A stretch of DNA of 63,726 nucleotides, counting the filler, from Choristocarpus tenellus KU-1152 (lineage: Eukaryota; Protista; Phaeophyceae), in the NCBI GenBank assembly GCA_964200185.2. It is 10 parts of 10 records of this genome, joined end to end, with 100 filler letters (N's around TTAATTAATTAA, not from the genome) between each part and the next. Parts side by side here need not be neighbours in the genome. Positions count along the whole stretch, not along the records: positions 58,467 to 63,726 come from CAXNAD020011333.1; 9 more parts are not named here. The stretch is one strand, 5' to 3'. Below, piece by piece: positions 63,668-63,726 of the stretch (the first letter of the stretch is position 1; every line of letters begins with the position of its first letter). Both the position numbers and the translations under genes were made by a program. A model generated the notes under the pieces. It saw only the letters and a list, made by a program, of their open reading frames with translations, made no database searches and was not told where the DNA came from.

Positions 63668-63726
63668 GACCCAAAGTATCTGGGGGGGGGGGGGGGGGCT
63701 AACCGGGGGGGTCAAAGGGGCACAAA
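63668..63726 (+). mobile_element. MITE left end (same TIR, different interior) running off the window
   Basis: GACCCAAAGTATCT-polyG-CTAACC. Confidence 0.7.

Noticed and set aside
63240-63715. Hydrophobic Ile/Met-rich ORFs resembling membrane proteins
   Set aside because: Translation of ATT/ATC/AAT low-complexity repeats, probably intronic.

Overview
Eukaryotic nuclear DNA, most consistent with a photosynthetic, flagellated stramenopile of brown-algal type. The basis is intron-rich genes, a bipartite plastid presequence, IFT140/KIF6, and TTAGGG repeats. The window is not one locus: ten contigs are joined by nine identical 100-nt artificial spacers (N44-TTAATTAATTAA-N44), so gene neighbourhood is only meaningful inside a contig. 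Complete spliced genes I could reconstruct by hand: a two-box HMGB-like gene, MED17, an acetyl-CoA transporter (SLC33A1/AT-1) and a small ankyrin-repeat gene. Partial genes: an unknown gene with a long low-complexity exon, a POR-like SDR, WDR26/GID7, KIF6, IFT140 and an oxidosqualene cyclase. Mobile DNA: a decayed DD39D-type mariner with TIRs, a recently disabled Ty1/Copia, a DIRS-type tyrosine-recombinase retroelement, and an abundant family of poly-G MITEs (about 11 copies or fragments, at least 3 interiors) with a shared two-part inverted-repeat end. I see no CRISPR, rRNA or tRNA, and no clearly demonstrable new multi-gene system. The best leads are the MITE family, a ~275-nt fold-back (candidate miRNA precursor), a possibly lumen-targeted POR-like SDR, a hidden RanBP2-type zinc-finger ORF, a frameshifted tandem-RING ORF, a possibly lipid-anchored ankyrin protein and an unrecognised domain in the contig-2 gene. 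All homology calls are by eye; no searches were run.
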